The position numbers were made by a program, and so were the translations under genes. Below the pieces are notes generated by a model. It saw nothing but the letters and a program-made list of their open reading frames with translations. It did no database searches and had not been told where the DNA came from. A stretch of DNA of 62,890 nucleotides, counting the filler. It is 9 parts of 9 records of this genome, joined end to end, with 100 filler letters (N's around TTAATTAATTAA, not from the genome) between each part and the next. Parts side by side here need not be neighbours in the genome. Positions count along the whole stretch, not along the records: positions 7,762 to 15,288 come from SRR15195285_505; positions 15,389 to 23,431 come from SRR15195285_512; positions 23,532 to 28,930 come from SRR15195285_513; 6 more parts are not named here. One strand, written 5' to 3'. Positions 13,701 through 23,843 of this stretch are shown in pieces. Position 1 is the first letter of the stretch. Each line of letters starts with the position of its first letter.

Positions 13701-15288
13701 ACGAGGACACGGTGGCCGGAGGTATCTCTCGCGCTGAGCATGTCCTGAACGGCACTGGCTGGTACGAGCCTCAACACGGTACACAGATTCACGATGGGGT
13801 TGCGGTGTCTCTATGGAACAGTTCCACGCACTTCCATGGCCCTTGCGACATCTCGATTGATCCGTGCAGTGCGGCCGAGATGCACGACTGCGACGACGTG
13901 CACAAGTCTGCTTGCGAGCATGTCGGACCTGGGCTTCACACATGCCTGTGCAGAATCGGGTGGCAAGGAAATGGTACGCACTGCTACGATATTGACGAGT
14001 GTCAGAGTAGTCCGTGCGAAAATGGCGGAGTGTGCACCGAATCAAACTGCGACGACCCTAACGCGGCTGAGTCTGTGAAAGCTGCATGTAGACGACATGC
14101 TCAGGACTTCACACAGAACGACCCGATGATTCCAATGGATCGGTACAAGTGTGACTGCGCAGCTGGGTTCGCGAATGGTATGTGTGCATCCGGTTGGGAT
14201 CAGAAGTCAGATATCTACACGGCTGAGTACCAATCCGACTGTACTGTTGAGCTTGGTGGGCATTGCGACATTGATATCGACGAATGCGTCTCACTACCAT
14301 GCGACAACGCCGCCACGTGCACGGATTCGCGAGCGACTACCACCTGGAACAACATCACCGTATCATTTGATGCCTATAGTTGCGAATGCAGAGCAGGCTT
14401 CGCTGACGGAGCATGCTCGTACGACTTCATCGCCGAGTACGATGTGGCCTGTGCGGTCACTGAGAGCTCGGTTGGCGGAACACGCCCTCTGGATAGAACC
14501 GAATTCGAGGAAGTTGCTTTGGCAGGAAACTGCATTATAGACGTGAATGAATGTGACAGCAACCCCTGTGAAAATGGTGCGACGTGCACTGACTCTACAA
14601 TGCAAACGGAGTGTTTCGTCAACGAAGACGGTGCGTGGCTATGCCACAGCACTGAGCGTTCCGTCACCACAACTTTCTACTGTGGTGACACGATTTATGA
14701 CTCAGACGGAATAACCGTACTGGCGTGCAACAGCACACAGTCACTGCTCGGCCATCAATACCATTACGTTCCTGGTTGGACTACGGACGACGGTGAGTTG
14801 AACAGCAGACATATACAGTATCCGGACAACACCACACTGTTCGGTGAACGAAGTGACGAACTGTCTCCTGGACTATTCTACGGGGTCGGTGTTAGCCTTG
14901 AGCAGTGCAGTAACGCTGCAGATGCTGGCATAGATGCTGGCTGCGACGCATTTGAGTACGGGGACGGCATGTGTAGGCTTTATTCAAGTCTTGATGGCAG
15001 CACTGCACAGAAAGCAAGTGGCGAAACCATGTACTATCGTGATGATACCGTCCGTGGGTGCACAGATCCTAAAGCGTACAACTATAACCATTTTGCTGAG
15101 CAAAGTGATGGTACATGCGTCTATCCGAAGGTGCAAGTACATGAATATTCATGCGCATGTGCGCCAGGCTTTGCCAATGGGCAGTGCAGAGCGTATGATT
15201 TCATTTCGCTCTACAGGACGCAGTGTGAGGTGGAAACAAGTTCTAGTACTGAGCTGTCCGGCAATTGTGACGTCGATGTGAACGAGTG
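7762..15288 (+). CDS. Giant EGF-repeat (fibrillin/Notch-like) surface protein with C-type lectin and filamin/Ig-like domains; partial at both ends; introns 8270-8366 and 8550-8676
   Basis: Dozens of D[IV][DN]EC Ca-binding EGF motifs. Splicing AT|GTAAGT..GCAG|T restores CHDIDEC, and CC|GTACGC..GCAG|G restores TPCFHQGEC. CTLD-like WDAAQEFC..LVSI..AWTGL..YVC at ~9730-10120. Filamin-like FIITARDAYGN / FIIIGRDPYGN / NNGDGSYTGSY at ~11950-13450. Confidence 0.9.
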
Positions 15289-15388
15289 NNNNNNNNNNNN
15301 NNNNNNNNNNNNNNNNNNNNNNNNNNNNNNNNTTAATTAATTAANNNNNNNNNNNNNNNNNNNNNNNNNNNNNNNNNNNNNNNNNNNN
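15289..15388. other. Artificial contig linker
   Basis: N44-TTAATTAATTAA-N44. Confidence 0.98.
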
Positions 15389-15389
15389 T

Positions 15390-18300
15390 CGCTCAACAGC
15401 AGGGCTAGTTGTGTCGACATCAATGACCGTTGACGTGATCTTATCAACGTCACATCAGCCTGGGGTGCTGGACACAGTACTCCTTGGCGGAGACCTCGCG
15501 TTTACGATTCGTCGTTCTGGTCGGGCTGCGGGTGCAGGCATGCCAATGGTTATCAGCGGCCAGGCTGCGCCCAGCGCAGCACGTGGAGGCAGTCTGGTGT
15601 TGCGCCCAGGCAGCGGTTCTACCGGCGGAAATGTGGTGTTCGCCTCTCCTACAGACACACCGATCGTCACTCTTGTAGATAACACGGTTGCTGTGCATCG
15701 CTCGTTGCTTACACCGTCGATCGGTGCAGGTGCATCGACAATAGATGCGGGGGCAGTCGCCGCTATGGACATCGTGGCAACAGCCGACATTCAGTCGGCC
15801 AATTTTATCGCAGGCGATTCTCTGCTAACCTCCAACGTACACGCAGCTTCACAGACTCTGAGCGTCGGCGGCAGCCGTCCGCTGATACTGTCCATGCCTG
15901 CACGATCGGGCACAAGCACGGTAGTTGACGGAAACTGCGTCGACTGCACTACTTTGCACTTTCACGGCCAAGCCGCTTCGGGAGCTCTGCCGAACAACGA
16001 AGGGGGCAGCATCATTTTACGTCCCGGTCAGCATGGTGCCGATGGCAACAGCGATGGCAGTGTGACCTTCATGGACGGCCGAGGCAACGACGTTATCAAG
16101 GGTGTAACCGGTGAACTTGATTCTGGTGGCGTCCTCGCTTTGCAGAGCTGGCAGCTTGGGACAGCCTCATATGGGTCATTTAAACTGGCTCGCGACGCTC
16201 CCATTGCTCTCAGCTCGCAGCATGAAGCAGGCACAACTTACTTCAAAGGACAGAAGCCAGGCATTGGTGCGCCGGGTGGTGACTTGCGAATTCGCGGTGG
16301 TGCCACAGGAGCAGCAGCTGCGGCCGGCGGCGATATTTTCATTGATGCGGGCAGGTCCAAGGTTCAGGGTGGAGCTGCCGCCCTGTACGGAGCATTGCTC
16401 GTGGGCACTATTTCTGGCACTGTCAATATTGGCCAACCAACATTCACAACAACAATCTCAGGTACGGCACAGGTGCTTGAGAATCTTGTAGTGTCTTCTC
16501 TCGATTCTGAGTCGGAGAGTCTCGGCTTCTGTGATTCCAGCTCTTGCTACCTTATGAAGGGCGAGTATGCTGGCCACACAGTCGGCGCTGGGACATCTAT
16601 TACCTTCAGGGGACAACAAGGGGCTGTAGGCGACAACGCTGGCGGTGACTTGATCTTGAGGGCAGGTGAGGACCGAAATACGCATACCCCAGGCCTGGTA
16701 ACCATTAGTACCGCACGAACCGGCGATACTGCCTCCTCGGAAGTCCTTGAAGTGGGACCGCTTTACGCATGTCCAGAATACGGCTCGGATCCGTGCCGTC
16801 GGTTTACGACGTGGACAAACGATGCCGATGCAGTGTACGTGAAAAGTGCTCAGCACACTCTGTACACTGAGTCGCTGGACGCTGGCAGCGCAGGCATCTA
16901 CACCACTGTCGCTCAAGCCCACGGGTACGAGGCAACAACAGCTGTGCAGGCTGCGACAATGATCGTTGACGATGGCCCCGCAACTCTCGTAACCCCGACA
17001 CTACGCTCTGGCGGGGATGAAATCCAAGTTCGCGGCTCGTCTGACTCCACAGCAACGACGATCACTCGCGGCTCACGCGCGCAGCGTAGCGACTTCGCTG
17101 TCGCAGGGCAGGCCAGCAGCACTGGGCTTGGTGGTAACATGGTCTTGCAAGCTGGCGGCAGCACTACAACGCAGGGAAGAGTGGTGTTCGCGAGTGGTGA
17201 TTCCAGTGCATGCGAACGTGAGGCTGACGGCGAGTACTCGACCTGCTCCTTGGCTTACGTGGACAGCATTGGGGGCGTGTTCCACCAGCAAGTTTTGACT
17301 CCTGCTGGTATCGAAGTGAACGGCGAAGTTCAGGGCGGGAGAATCACTACGACCGTGGCCACGGCTTCGTCCCAGGTCTCTGCAGTCTCTGTGGTCGCTA
17401 CGGCTTTTCTTTCAGCGAACACGGTCACAGATGCATCAGTGCAATTCGGTGGTGATTCAACATTCACGCTGAACCGCCTAGACGTGACAAGCGGCAGCGG
17501 CAAATCCATGTCGCTGCGTGGGCAGAATGCAGCCACTGGCGTGGGGGGTGATGTGGTCGCTCTGCCGGGGCTGAGTGCAGGTGCGGGTGCAGCTGGCGTC
17601 GTCAGCTTAGCGACGACAACGACGGGGAACTCTGCCGTGACAGTGCGCCGATCTTCTGTACATTTCTCTCAGGCAATTCAAAGTACGAAGGCTGTCGATG
17701 TTGCAGATGGGACTGTTGGTACAACCGGTAGATTTGTGGTCTCCGGTGGAAGCATTGGTATTGCAGCAGACAGTACTTCGCAAAATATTCAGGCGGCATC
17801 CTATGTACAGCTGCAGGAGTTGCTTGGTGAAACGGCATCCGCACCTGTATCTGCCCCGACAGTCTCCCTCGGATCTGCTGGAATCGGCTTGACCATGCGC
17901 AGAGCGCAGCATGGTTCTTGGGATGGAACAGTAACAGCTCTGCGCGGCCAAACTGGCGGTACCTCTGCTAACGGTGGCAACGTCGTCCTACGCGCCGGTG
18001 GCGGCAGCATTACTAGCCTCGCAGGCAGAATCATGTTGAAGGATAGCGCGGGTGCTGTTGGAGTGGTGATGCGCGCCTCTACTCGAGAGGTCAATATTGA
18101 AAAGGCGCTGGTGACGCAGTCAATCGATAGTCAAGCCGGTACAATACTTGCAGATACTGTGCTTGCGAACACCTTGTCGAGCACTGCTGGCGATTCGACG
18201 GCCTCGATGGCTGCGCAGACTTTGGCCGTGTCAACAGCTGCAATAGTCGGCGCGCTGCGCAGCGCTTCTGATACGCTGGAAGTTGGCGCCGGTAATTCAT

Positions 18301-21300
18301 TTGTTCTCTCGCGCCCGGATGTGCCGCCGAACTGCCATAATATTGGCACGGGCAGTACCGCCGAAGGAGGCTACATGACACAGGGCGAGTGTGAGCGCAC
18401 CGGCTATCAATGGGATGACACCACTGGCTGCGCAGACGGGGACGGTCTCAGTCGCAGTGAGTACACGACTGCGGCAACGTGCCTAGGGACTGGCGATGAG
18501 GCAAACGACTGGAGACCAGACAGCACAGCTCGTCTTAAGATGATGGGACAAACAGGGCTTGCGGGTGGAGGAGGAGGCAATATTGTCGTCCGGCCTGGCG
18601 AGGGTGGTGCTGGCGCACCAGGTGGGGACGTTAGGGTTGCAGATGCAGATAGCAACACTGTGATCCTCGCAACGAACGATTACGTCAGGACCGCGGCTGT
18701 GATGAATACCGAGAGCATAAATGCCGGGACACACACTGTACAGGCGACTCAACTGACAGGCGGCACCGTGGCAGCAACAAACGGAGCAACGGCGCAAAAG
18801 GTTGTCGCTGATCAGGCTGCGACGCCGCAGCTAATTTCAGGCACGGCTCCACTCGGGCTCGGTGACACGGCTGCATTCGTTGCCAAGCGCTCCCCGCACT
18901 CCACTGGCGCTGGCACGATGTTCTCGATTCGTGGACAATCAGGCGCCGAGAGTGCGGATGCGGTGGGCGGGCCTGTGCAGCTGAAGGCGGGTGCGGGGGT
19001 CGGTCAGGGGACTGCGGGCGCATTGGAACTAGAGTCTGCATCAGGAATACCAGTGGTCCGTGTGGATGCAGGTGGTACACTCGCCGTCAGCCGGATGCTC
19101 CGCACGCGGGCATGGGAAGCAACGCAGATCGCCACGAGCGGGACTGCCAGTGCCGCGAAAATTTCTGCGCCAAGCTTCGACGTTAGCTCGTCGTTGAAGG
19201 CGCCGGCGTTGAAAGCGTCAGACGCTAGTTCACAGTCGCAAACGGTTCTTTTGGGGTCGGATAGCGGATTCGACGTCAAGCGGCCTGCTGCTCCAGGCTA
19301 CCGTTGTCAAACCAGCTTTGGGACTATTGCAACCGCTGCAACGAGCCAGAACGCGTGCGAGCGCACTGGGTTCGAGTGGGCGAACTCCGTCGGTTCTGGC
19401 ACATGCTCGATACCAATCCTGGCAGCCACGGTTACATCATCGACTGGGGCAGCGGTTCCGGTCGACTCCGGTGGTGGTACCGCGTGCTGTCAACCGTGGA
19501 AGGCAATTGATGGTATTGCTGAGAGCGAATCTGGGTTCATCGCGGCCGATGCAACGTACTGGCAGTCCACGTATGCCGTCACTTCTGTCGCAGATTTGAA
19601 TTTCGACATGCACTTGCGAACATCGTTGACAGTGCGGGGCGTTGTAGTTCACTGGCGAAGAGGCCCAACTCAAGTCACCGTGTGGAGCTCACCCGATGGC
19701 GTTACGTATGTAAGCCAAATCCAGTCGGGGGTACCTGATGACTGCCAAGCAAGTACGTGCACTTTTGGGGAGAAGATGACCACCATCATGTTCTCCGACC
19801 CGGTGTCGGCCAAATACATTAGAGTCAGCATGACGAGCATTGACGCTGTTGGCATATATGCCATCCACGTGGTGGGTACGGGCAGCACGCTTGCCGCGTG
19901 TGAGACCACTGGCAACTCATGGGTGCTCCCGGACGGGTCCGAGTTCTACATAGCGGGTCAGGGCGGCTTTGCCGGATCTGGTGGCGGTGATGTCGTGTTC
20001 GTGACTGGATCGGGAGCAGCAAATGGCGACGTCCTTGTCCAAGGTGCAAGTGGAAACGCCGCAGTTGTCACCGTGGTCGACTCAGGCGTGAACGTTCATC
20101 AGCCGCTACACCCCTGGGCCGGTGTGAACGCTGACAGGAGTTCCATTGCAACTACCAGTGCCGCAACTGCAGGCATGGTCTCCGCTAGCGTGCAGCTGAT
20201 AGCTGTTCAGGTTCCAGCTACGATCTCTGTCGCGACACCCTTGCTGCTACCTGCACAAAACACTGACAACACAGTACAGGTCGGTGGGCCCGGTGAATTG
20301 GCCGTTCGGCGCACAGCACACCAGAGCAGCCAGGGGACCGCGTTCGTGATAGCCGGACAAGCGACTGGTGCGGACAACTCCAACGGCGGTAATGTTATCC
20401 TCCGTGGTGGAAGCAGCTCTAGCACCGGTGGACACGTGCGACTGCAAGGTGTTGACTCAACCAGCGCAGAAATATTCTCCGTGGCTCCAGCTGCTGTGCA
20501 AGTCTCGCTCCCTCTTACCCTCAGTGATACCCTTGACGCTGGCGGGGAATCCATTGCTGTTGGTGCTGCGCTCACGGCTACTGGCTCTAGCACAGAGGTA
20601 GATGTCGCTTCCACCACTGCAACAGCCGATCGCCTCCAGGCTACTGCAGCCATCGTCACCCCTGTTCTCAACCCCACGGCTGCTACGGTTGTACTTGGTG
20701 GTGATGGTGTAGCAAAACTTGCTCGGCCTGTGCACACGACGGGCGCGGGCGTGGACCTGCGCATACAAGGGCAGTCCTCGAATGCTGGCGATGATATAGG
20801 AGTCGATGCCGGCCACGTCGTTCTGCGACCAGGGGCAAAAGCCGGAGGGTCCGAAGCGGATAGCGGTGTGATCTCGGTGCAGTCTGCTGGTGGGACGTCA
20901 ACCATGCTGGACGCAGTTAGCGGTGGCCTGCGCGTCCCGATAGGTTCGTCTCTGCGGACCGTGGATACGCTGAAGGTCACCGGCTCTCGAGTTGCGAAGC
21001 CACCTGCACCAACAGTGGTTTCTGACGACTCTACAGTTATTACGCTCACCACGGAGCTGGTGTTGCTCGACTGTGACGACCACGATAGCGCGCGAAACGA
21101 AGTCTTTTCACCAACATTTGCTGCGGGCGTAGATGGTCAGGTGGTTCGAATGGTTAACGTGGGCGAGGATGTGTGTGTTTTCAAGGGGCCTGAACCACTT
21201 CAGGTGGACCACCCCACGGACACTTCAAACAACAACTTCAGGCTACTCGCTGGAAACCAGGCTCAAAATCAAGCCTTCCTTCCCACTAGTGGCACACCAG

Positions 21301-22889
21301 TGTCGTTTATGTATTACCACACGCCATCAGGCATGACGTGCTCAGAGTTCAACCGGGCCGACAACCCACATACCCACCAGACCACGTGTGAGGGCGGTGG
21401 ATGGTATCAGGTGGTGGAGGCTCCAGCTACGTACTGTGACAACACGTGTGCCGCGGACGGGCTTCGCTGGTGCCAGCATGAGGCAACTCATGCAGCGCCG
21501 TCGGTATCTGGCGTCGCAGCTGCCTCGATCAATGATGATGCGCGCGTGGACATAGTCAGCGTCTCCTCTGCAGGAGCCATCTCTTGGTTCGAATCGGCAG
21601 CAGCAGGAGGACTGCAGTGGACTCAGCACGAAATCGCCGCCGATGCAGCTGGTGCTCGCCACGTGCTTGTGCTGGATATCGATGGCGATAATGACCAAGA
21701 CGTGGCGACCTTGGTTGATTCTTCAATAGCAGGCCGTGTGGACTTAGTATGGTATCAGAACGGTGGGAGTCCGTCCTTTTCATTCGCAGGGCCGTACACA
21801 ATCAAGTCGGACATCGGCGAGGGAGCCACCTACAGTCTAGCCATGGTTGCCGGAACCGTCGGTACTGTGATTGGAGATGACATTGTCGTCGTGTCATCGC
21901 AAGACACGGCCATCCTGATTTTCGAATGTGCAGCTGGTATGGACTGTACCGAGGCTTCGCACTGGGGTGATTCTGGCACCCCTGTGGAATTATCTTCGGC
22001 CAATCAGCATATCCCTGCGGGCGATCTACTGGATGATATCGTGCTTGCCGACCTGGACGCGGACACAGACCTCGATATAGTCACAGTTTCGCGAAGTGAC
22101 AGCTCTGTGCGATGGTACCAAAACCTCGGCAGCAACCTATGGTCAAAGCATGATGATGTAAACAGTGATCGGGCCAACTATTTCATTTCACAGGCGCCTC
22201 AGATTCTCAGTGGAACACGGCTGAAACTCGCAGCGTTTGACATGAATGGGGACATGGCTAGTGCAGAGTCAGACCCGGCCAATGTGGTTGGACTAGACGT
22301 GGTTGTGTCTTCTCCAGGCAACGGACGACTGTACGTGCTACAGAATCTTGGCCAAATTGGCTGGTCGCAAATTACGATGAATTCAGACTCTCCTGGAGTC
22401 ACCGCAGTGGTGGTGGCTGACGTCGACAACGACGGCAGGCAGGATGTAATCGCCACAGGGGAATCGAGCATGAAATACTACTTGACCGGCGGAGGCGGCA
22501 TTGACGGTGTAGATCACCCTGGCCATGACGGCCAGACATGGACAGCCATTACAGCTACAGAGTTCACCGGCATATGCGAATACGACGACGAGAGTGACTG
22601 TAGTACCAACGGTGGGTCATGGGATACTGCGACTGAGACGTGCGAAGACGTGCCCGCAACACTCGCATGCTACGCCAATTCAGGTGTAAACAAACCCAGC
22701 TTTAACAGTACAGGAGGCTCGTTCGTCCAGGGAGGAGGTGCACGTGGCTGGGCAGCACCGAGTATGATCGCCGCGGCGAATGTTGCAGGCACCGATGGCT
22801 TGGACATCGTGTTCGCGTCCGACAGCTCTGAAGTGGATAGTGGCACAGGTTACGTTGGAGTGTACGAGTCGATCAGTGGAACATGCTAA
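15390..22889 (+). CDS. Giant (>2490 aa, 5'-partial) beta-rich repeat protein, tail-fibre/adhesin-like, with F5/8-type C (discoidin) domain and C-terminal FG-GAP/VCBS beta-propeller
   Basis: Uninterrupted ORF open from the contig edge. 12 repeats of hxGQ..GGx[VIL]x[L]xxG. Discoidin motifs KAIDG..YWQS..SPDGVTY..AKYIRV at ~19430-19880. DxDxDxxxD[IV] blades (DIDGDNDQDV, DLDADTDLDI, DVDNDGRQDV) at ~21500-22870. Confidence 0.85.
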   Translation, partial: RSTAGLVVSTSMTVDVILSTSHQPGVLDTVLLGGDLAFTIRRSGRAAGAGMPMVISGQAAPSAARGGSLVLRPGSGSTGGNVVFASPTDTPIVTLVDNTVAVHRSLLTPSIGAGASTIDAGAVAAMDIVATADIQSANFIAGDSLLTSNVHAASQTLSVGGSRPLILSMPARSGTSTVVDGNCVDCTTLHFHGQAASGALPNNEGGSIILRPGQHGADGNSDGSVTFMDGRGNDVIKGVTGELDSGGVLALQSWQLGTASYGSFKLARDAPIALSSQHEAGTTYFKGQKPGIGAPGGDLRIRGGATGAAAAAGGDIFIDAGRSKVQGGAAALYGALLVGTISGTVNIGQPTFTTTISGTAQVLENLVVSSLDSESESLGFCDSSSCYLMKGEYAGHTVGAGTSITFRGQQGAVGDNAGGDLILRAGEDRNTHTPGLVTISTARTGDTASSEVLEVGPLYACPEYGSDPCRRFTTWTNDADAVYVKSAQHTLYTESLDAGSAGIYTTVAQAHGYEATTAVQAATMIVDDGPATLVTPTLRSGGDEIQVRGSSDSTATTITRGSRAQRSDFAVAGQASSTGLGGNMVLQAGGSTTTQGRVVFASGDSSACEREADGEYSTCSLAYVDSIGGVFHQQVLTPAGIEVNGEVQGGRITTTVATASSQVSAVSVVATAFLSANTVTDASVQFGGDSTFTLNRLDVTSGSGKSMSLRGQNAATGVGGDVVALPGLSAGAGAAGVVSLATTTTGNSAVTVRRSSVHFSQAIQSTKAVDVADGTVGTTGRFVVSGGSIGIAADSTSQNIQAASYVQLQELLGETASAPVSAPTVSLGSAGIGLTMRRAQHGSWDGTVTALRGQTGGTSANGGNVVLRAGGGSITSLAGRIMLKDSAGAVGVVMRASTREVNIEKALVTQSIDSQAGTILADTVLANTLSSTAGDSTASMAAQTLAVSTAAIVGALRSASDTLEVGAGNSFVLSRPDVPPNCHNIGTGSTAEGGYMTQGECERTGYQWDDTTGCADGDGLSRSEYTTAATCLGTGDEANDWRPDSTARLKMMGQTGLAGGGGGNIVVRPGEGGAGAPGGDVRVADADSNTVILATNDYVRTAAVMNTESINAGTHTVQATQLTGGTVAATNGATAQKVVADQAATPQLISGTAPLGLGDTAAFVAKRSPHSTGAGTMFSIRGQSGAESADAVGGPVQLKAGAGVGQGTAGALELESASGIPVVRVDAGGTLAVSRMLRTRAWEATQIATSGTASAAKISAPSFDVSSSLKAPALKASDASSQSQTVLLGSDSGFDVKRPAAPGYRCQTSFGTIATAATSQNACERTGFEWANSVGSGTCSIPILAATVTSSTGAAVPVDSGGGTACCQPWKAIDGIAESESGFIAADATYWQSTYAVTSVADLNFDMHLRTSLTVRGVVVHWRRGPTQVTVWSSPDGVTYVSQIQSGVPDDCQASTCTFGEKMTTIMFSDPVSAKYIRVSMTSIDAVGIYAIHVVGTGSTLAACETTGNSWVLPDGSEFYIAGQGGFAGSGGGDVVFVTGSGAANGDVLVQGASGNAAVVTVVDSGVNVHQPLHPWAGVNADRSSIATTSAATAGMVSASVQLIAVQVPATISVATPLLLPAQNTDNTVQVGGPGELAVRRTAHQSSQGTAFVIAGQATGADNSNGGNVILRGGSSSSTGGHVRLQGVDSTSAEIFSVAPAAVQVSLPLTLSDTLDAGGESIAVGAALTATGSSTEVDVASTTATADRLQATAAIVTPVLNPTAATVVLGGDGVAKLARPVHTTGAGVDLRIQGQSSNAGDDIGVDAGHVVLRPGAKAGGSEADSGVISVQSAGGTSTMLDAVSGGLRVPIGSSLRTVDTLKVTGSRVAKPPAPTVVSDDSTVITLTTELVLLDCDDHDSARNEVFSPTFAAGVDGQVVRMVNVGEDVCVFKGPEPLQVDHPTDTSNNNFRLLAGNQAQNQAFLPTSGTPVSFMYYHTPSGMTCSEFNRADNPHTHQTTCEGGGWYQVVEAPATYCDNTCAADGLRWCQHEATHAAPSVSGVAAASINDDARVDIVSVSSAGAISWFESAAAGGLQWTQHEIAADAAGARHVLVLDIDGDNDQDVATLVDSSIAGRVDLVWYQNGGSPSFSFAGPYTIKSDIGEGATYSLAMVAGTVGTVIGDDIVVVSSQDTAILIFECAAGMDCTEASHWGDSGTPVELSSANQHIPAGDLLDDIVLADLDADTDLDIVTVSRSDSSVRWYQNLGSNLWSKHDDVNSDRANYFISQAPQILSGTRLKLAAFDMNGDMASAESDPANVVGLDVVVSSPGNGRLYVLQNLGQIGWSQITMNSDSPGVTAVVVADVDNDGRQDVIATGESSMKYYLTGGGGIDGVDHPGHDGQTWTAITATEFTGICEYDDESDCSTNGGSWDTATETCEDVPATLACYANSGVNKPSFNSTGGSFVQGGGARGWAAPSMIAAANVAGTDGLDIVFASDSSEVDSGTGYVGVYESISGTC

Positions 22890-23144
22890 CGTTTTATGGC
22901 ATCTGATACCACGTCCAATGGAGCAAACCGATTTTTAGGACTGTCCATTTCGAAACAAACCATGATGTACTTACACGTCAGGCGTTACAGCTTAGTGTTC
23001 GCAGCGTACTCTCTGATTGACTTGACGCAGATCGGTAAGGCAATCCTGGACGACGGTAGGTGAAAGCGTAAACAATGCACAAAGATGATTGTCGAAACTA
23101 CACTGGGTCATTACTAGTACTACAAATCTTTCTTCTGGGAGCAT

Positions 23145-23431
23145 GGGCGGTGGTGGGACGGGGGGGCGGGGGGGCGGGTAACTCCCGCAGTTCTAGGGCA
23201 GGAGCTAGCTAGGCGTCAGTTTGTATAAAAAACGAGACCTACTGAAGCCATTCGTCCGCCTGAATGTGCATCGGTGATCAAGAACTGTCATTTCCCCAGA
23301 GTGAAACTGATCAGCGGTACTGATCCTTGGTGAGTGGTATGATGCGTCCCAAACTCTTACGCTGCGTTCTTCTCCTTTGGAACTACTATTATTGTGTGTG
23401 CGTGGGGAGGGGGGGGGGGGGGGGGGGGGGG
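23145..23431 (+). repeat. G-rich tracts and poly-G at contig end
   Basis: GGGCGGTGGTGGGACGGGGGGGCGGGGGGCGGG at ~23145-23178; near-pure G run 23404-23431. Confidence 0.7.
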
Positions 23432-23531
23432 NNNNNNNNNNNNNNNNNNNNNNNNNNNNNNNNNNNNNNNNNNNNTTAATTAATTAANNNNNNNNNNNNN
23501 NNNNNNNNNNNNNNNNNNNNNNNNNNNNNNN
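23432..23531. other. Artificial contig linker
   Basis: N44-TTAATTAATTAA-N44. Confidence 0.98.
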
Positions 23532-23843
23532 CATTTTCGGGACTGCTCCGAGCGCTGGGATGGACACGCCTGGCACGGTGCATGTCCACTTGACCGGCCC
23601 GGAAGCAGCGACCGACGGCGATCGGATTATGAAGCAAATTCATAGCCGCCGCGGCGCGGTCATGCGCGGCCAGACGCGTTAAGTGACATGTGTTAATGAT
23701 CATCAACGTTGGTTGTCAGCTGTATTCACACCGTACACACGCGCACGGAATTGGTGTGGCGACTGGGCGGACGCGCTACTAGATACGGTCGTCGTTCGAT
23801 AACACGAACGCAGCAATGCAGACAGCCAGTTCGCGAGGGCAGG

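Noticed and set aside
12986-21052. Long antisense ORFs (e.g. 12986-13792, 20207-21052) and many other short overlapping ORFs
   Set aside because: Shadows of GC-rich coding sequence with no recognisable motifs
7762-22889. EGF giant and fibre-like giant as one continuous gene
   Set aside because: Both are + strand and partial, but a linker separates them and there is no evidence of true adjacency
23404-23431. Poly-G as a telomere or functional G-quadruplex
   Set aside because: A homopolymer at a contig end with no telomeric unit; may be a sequencing artefact
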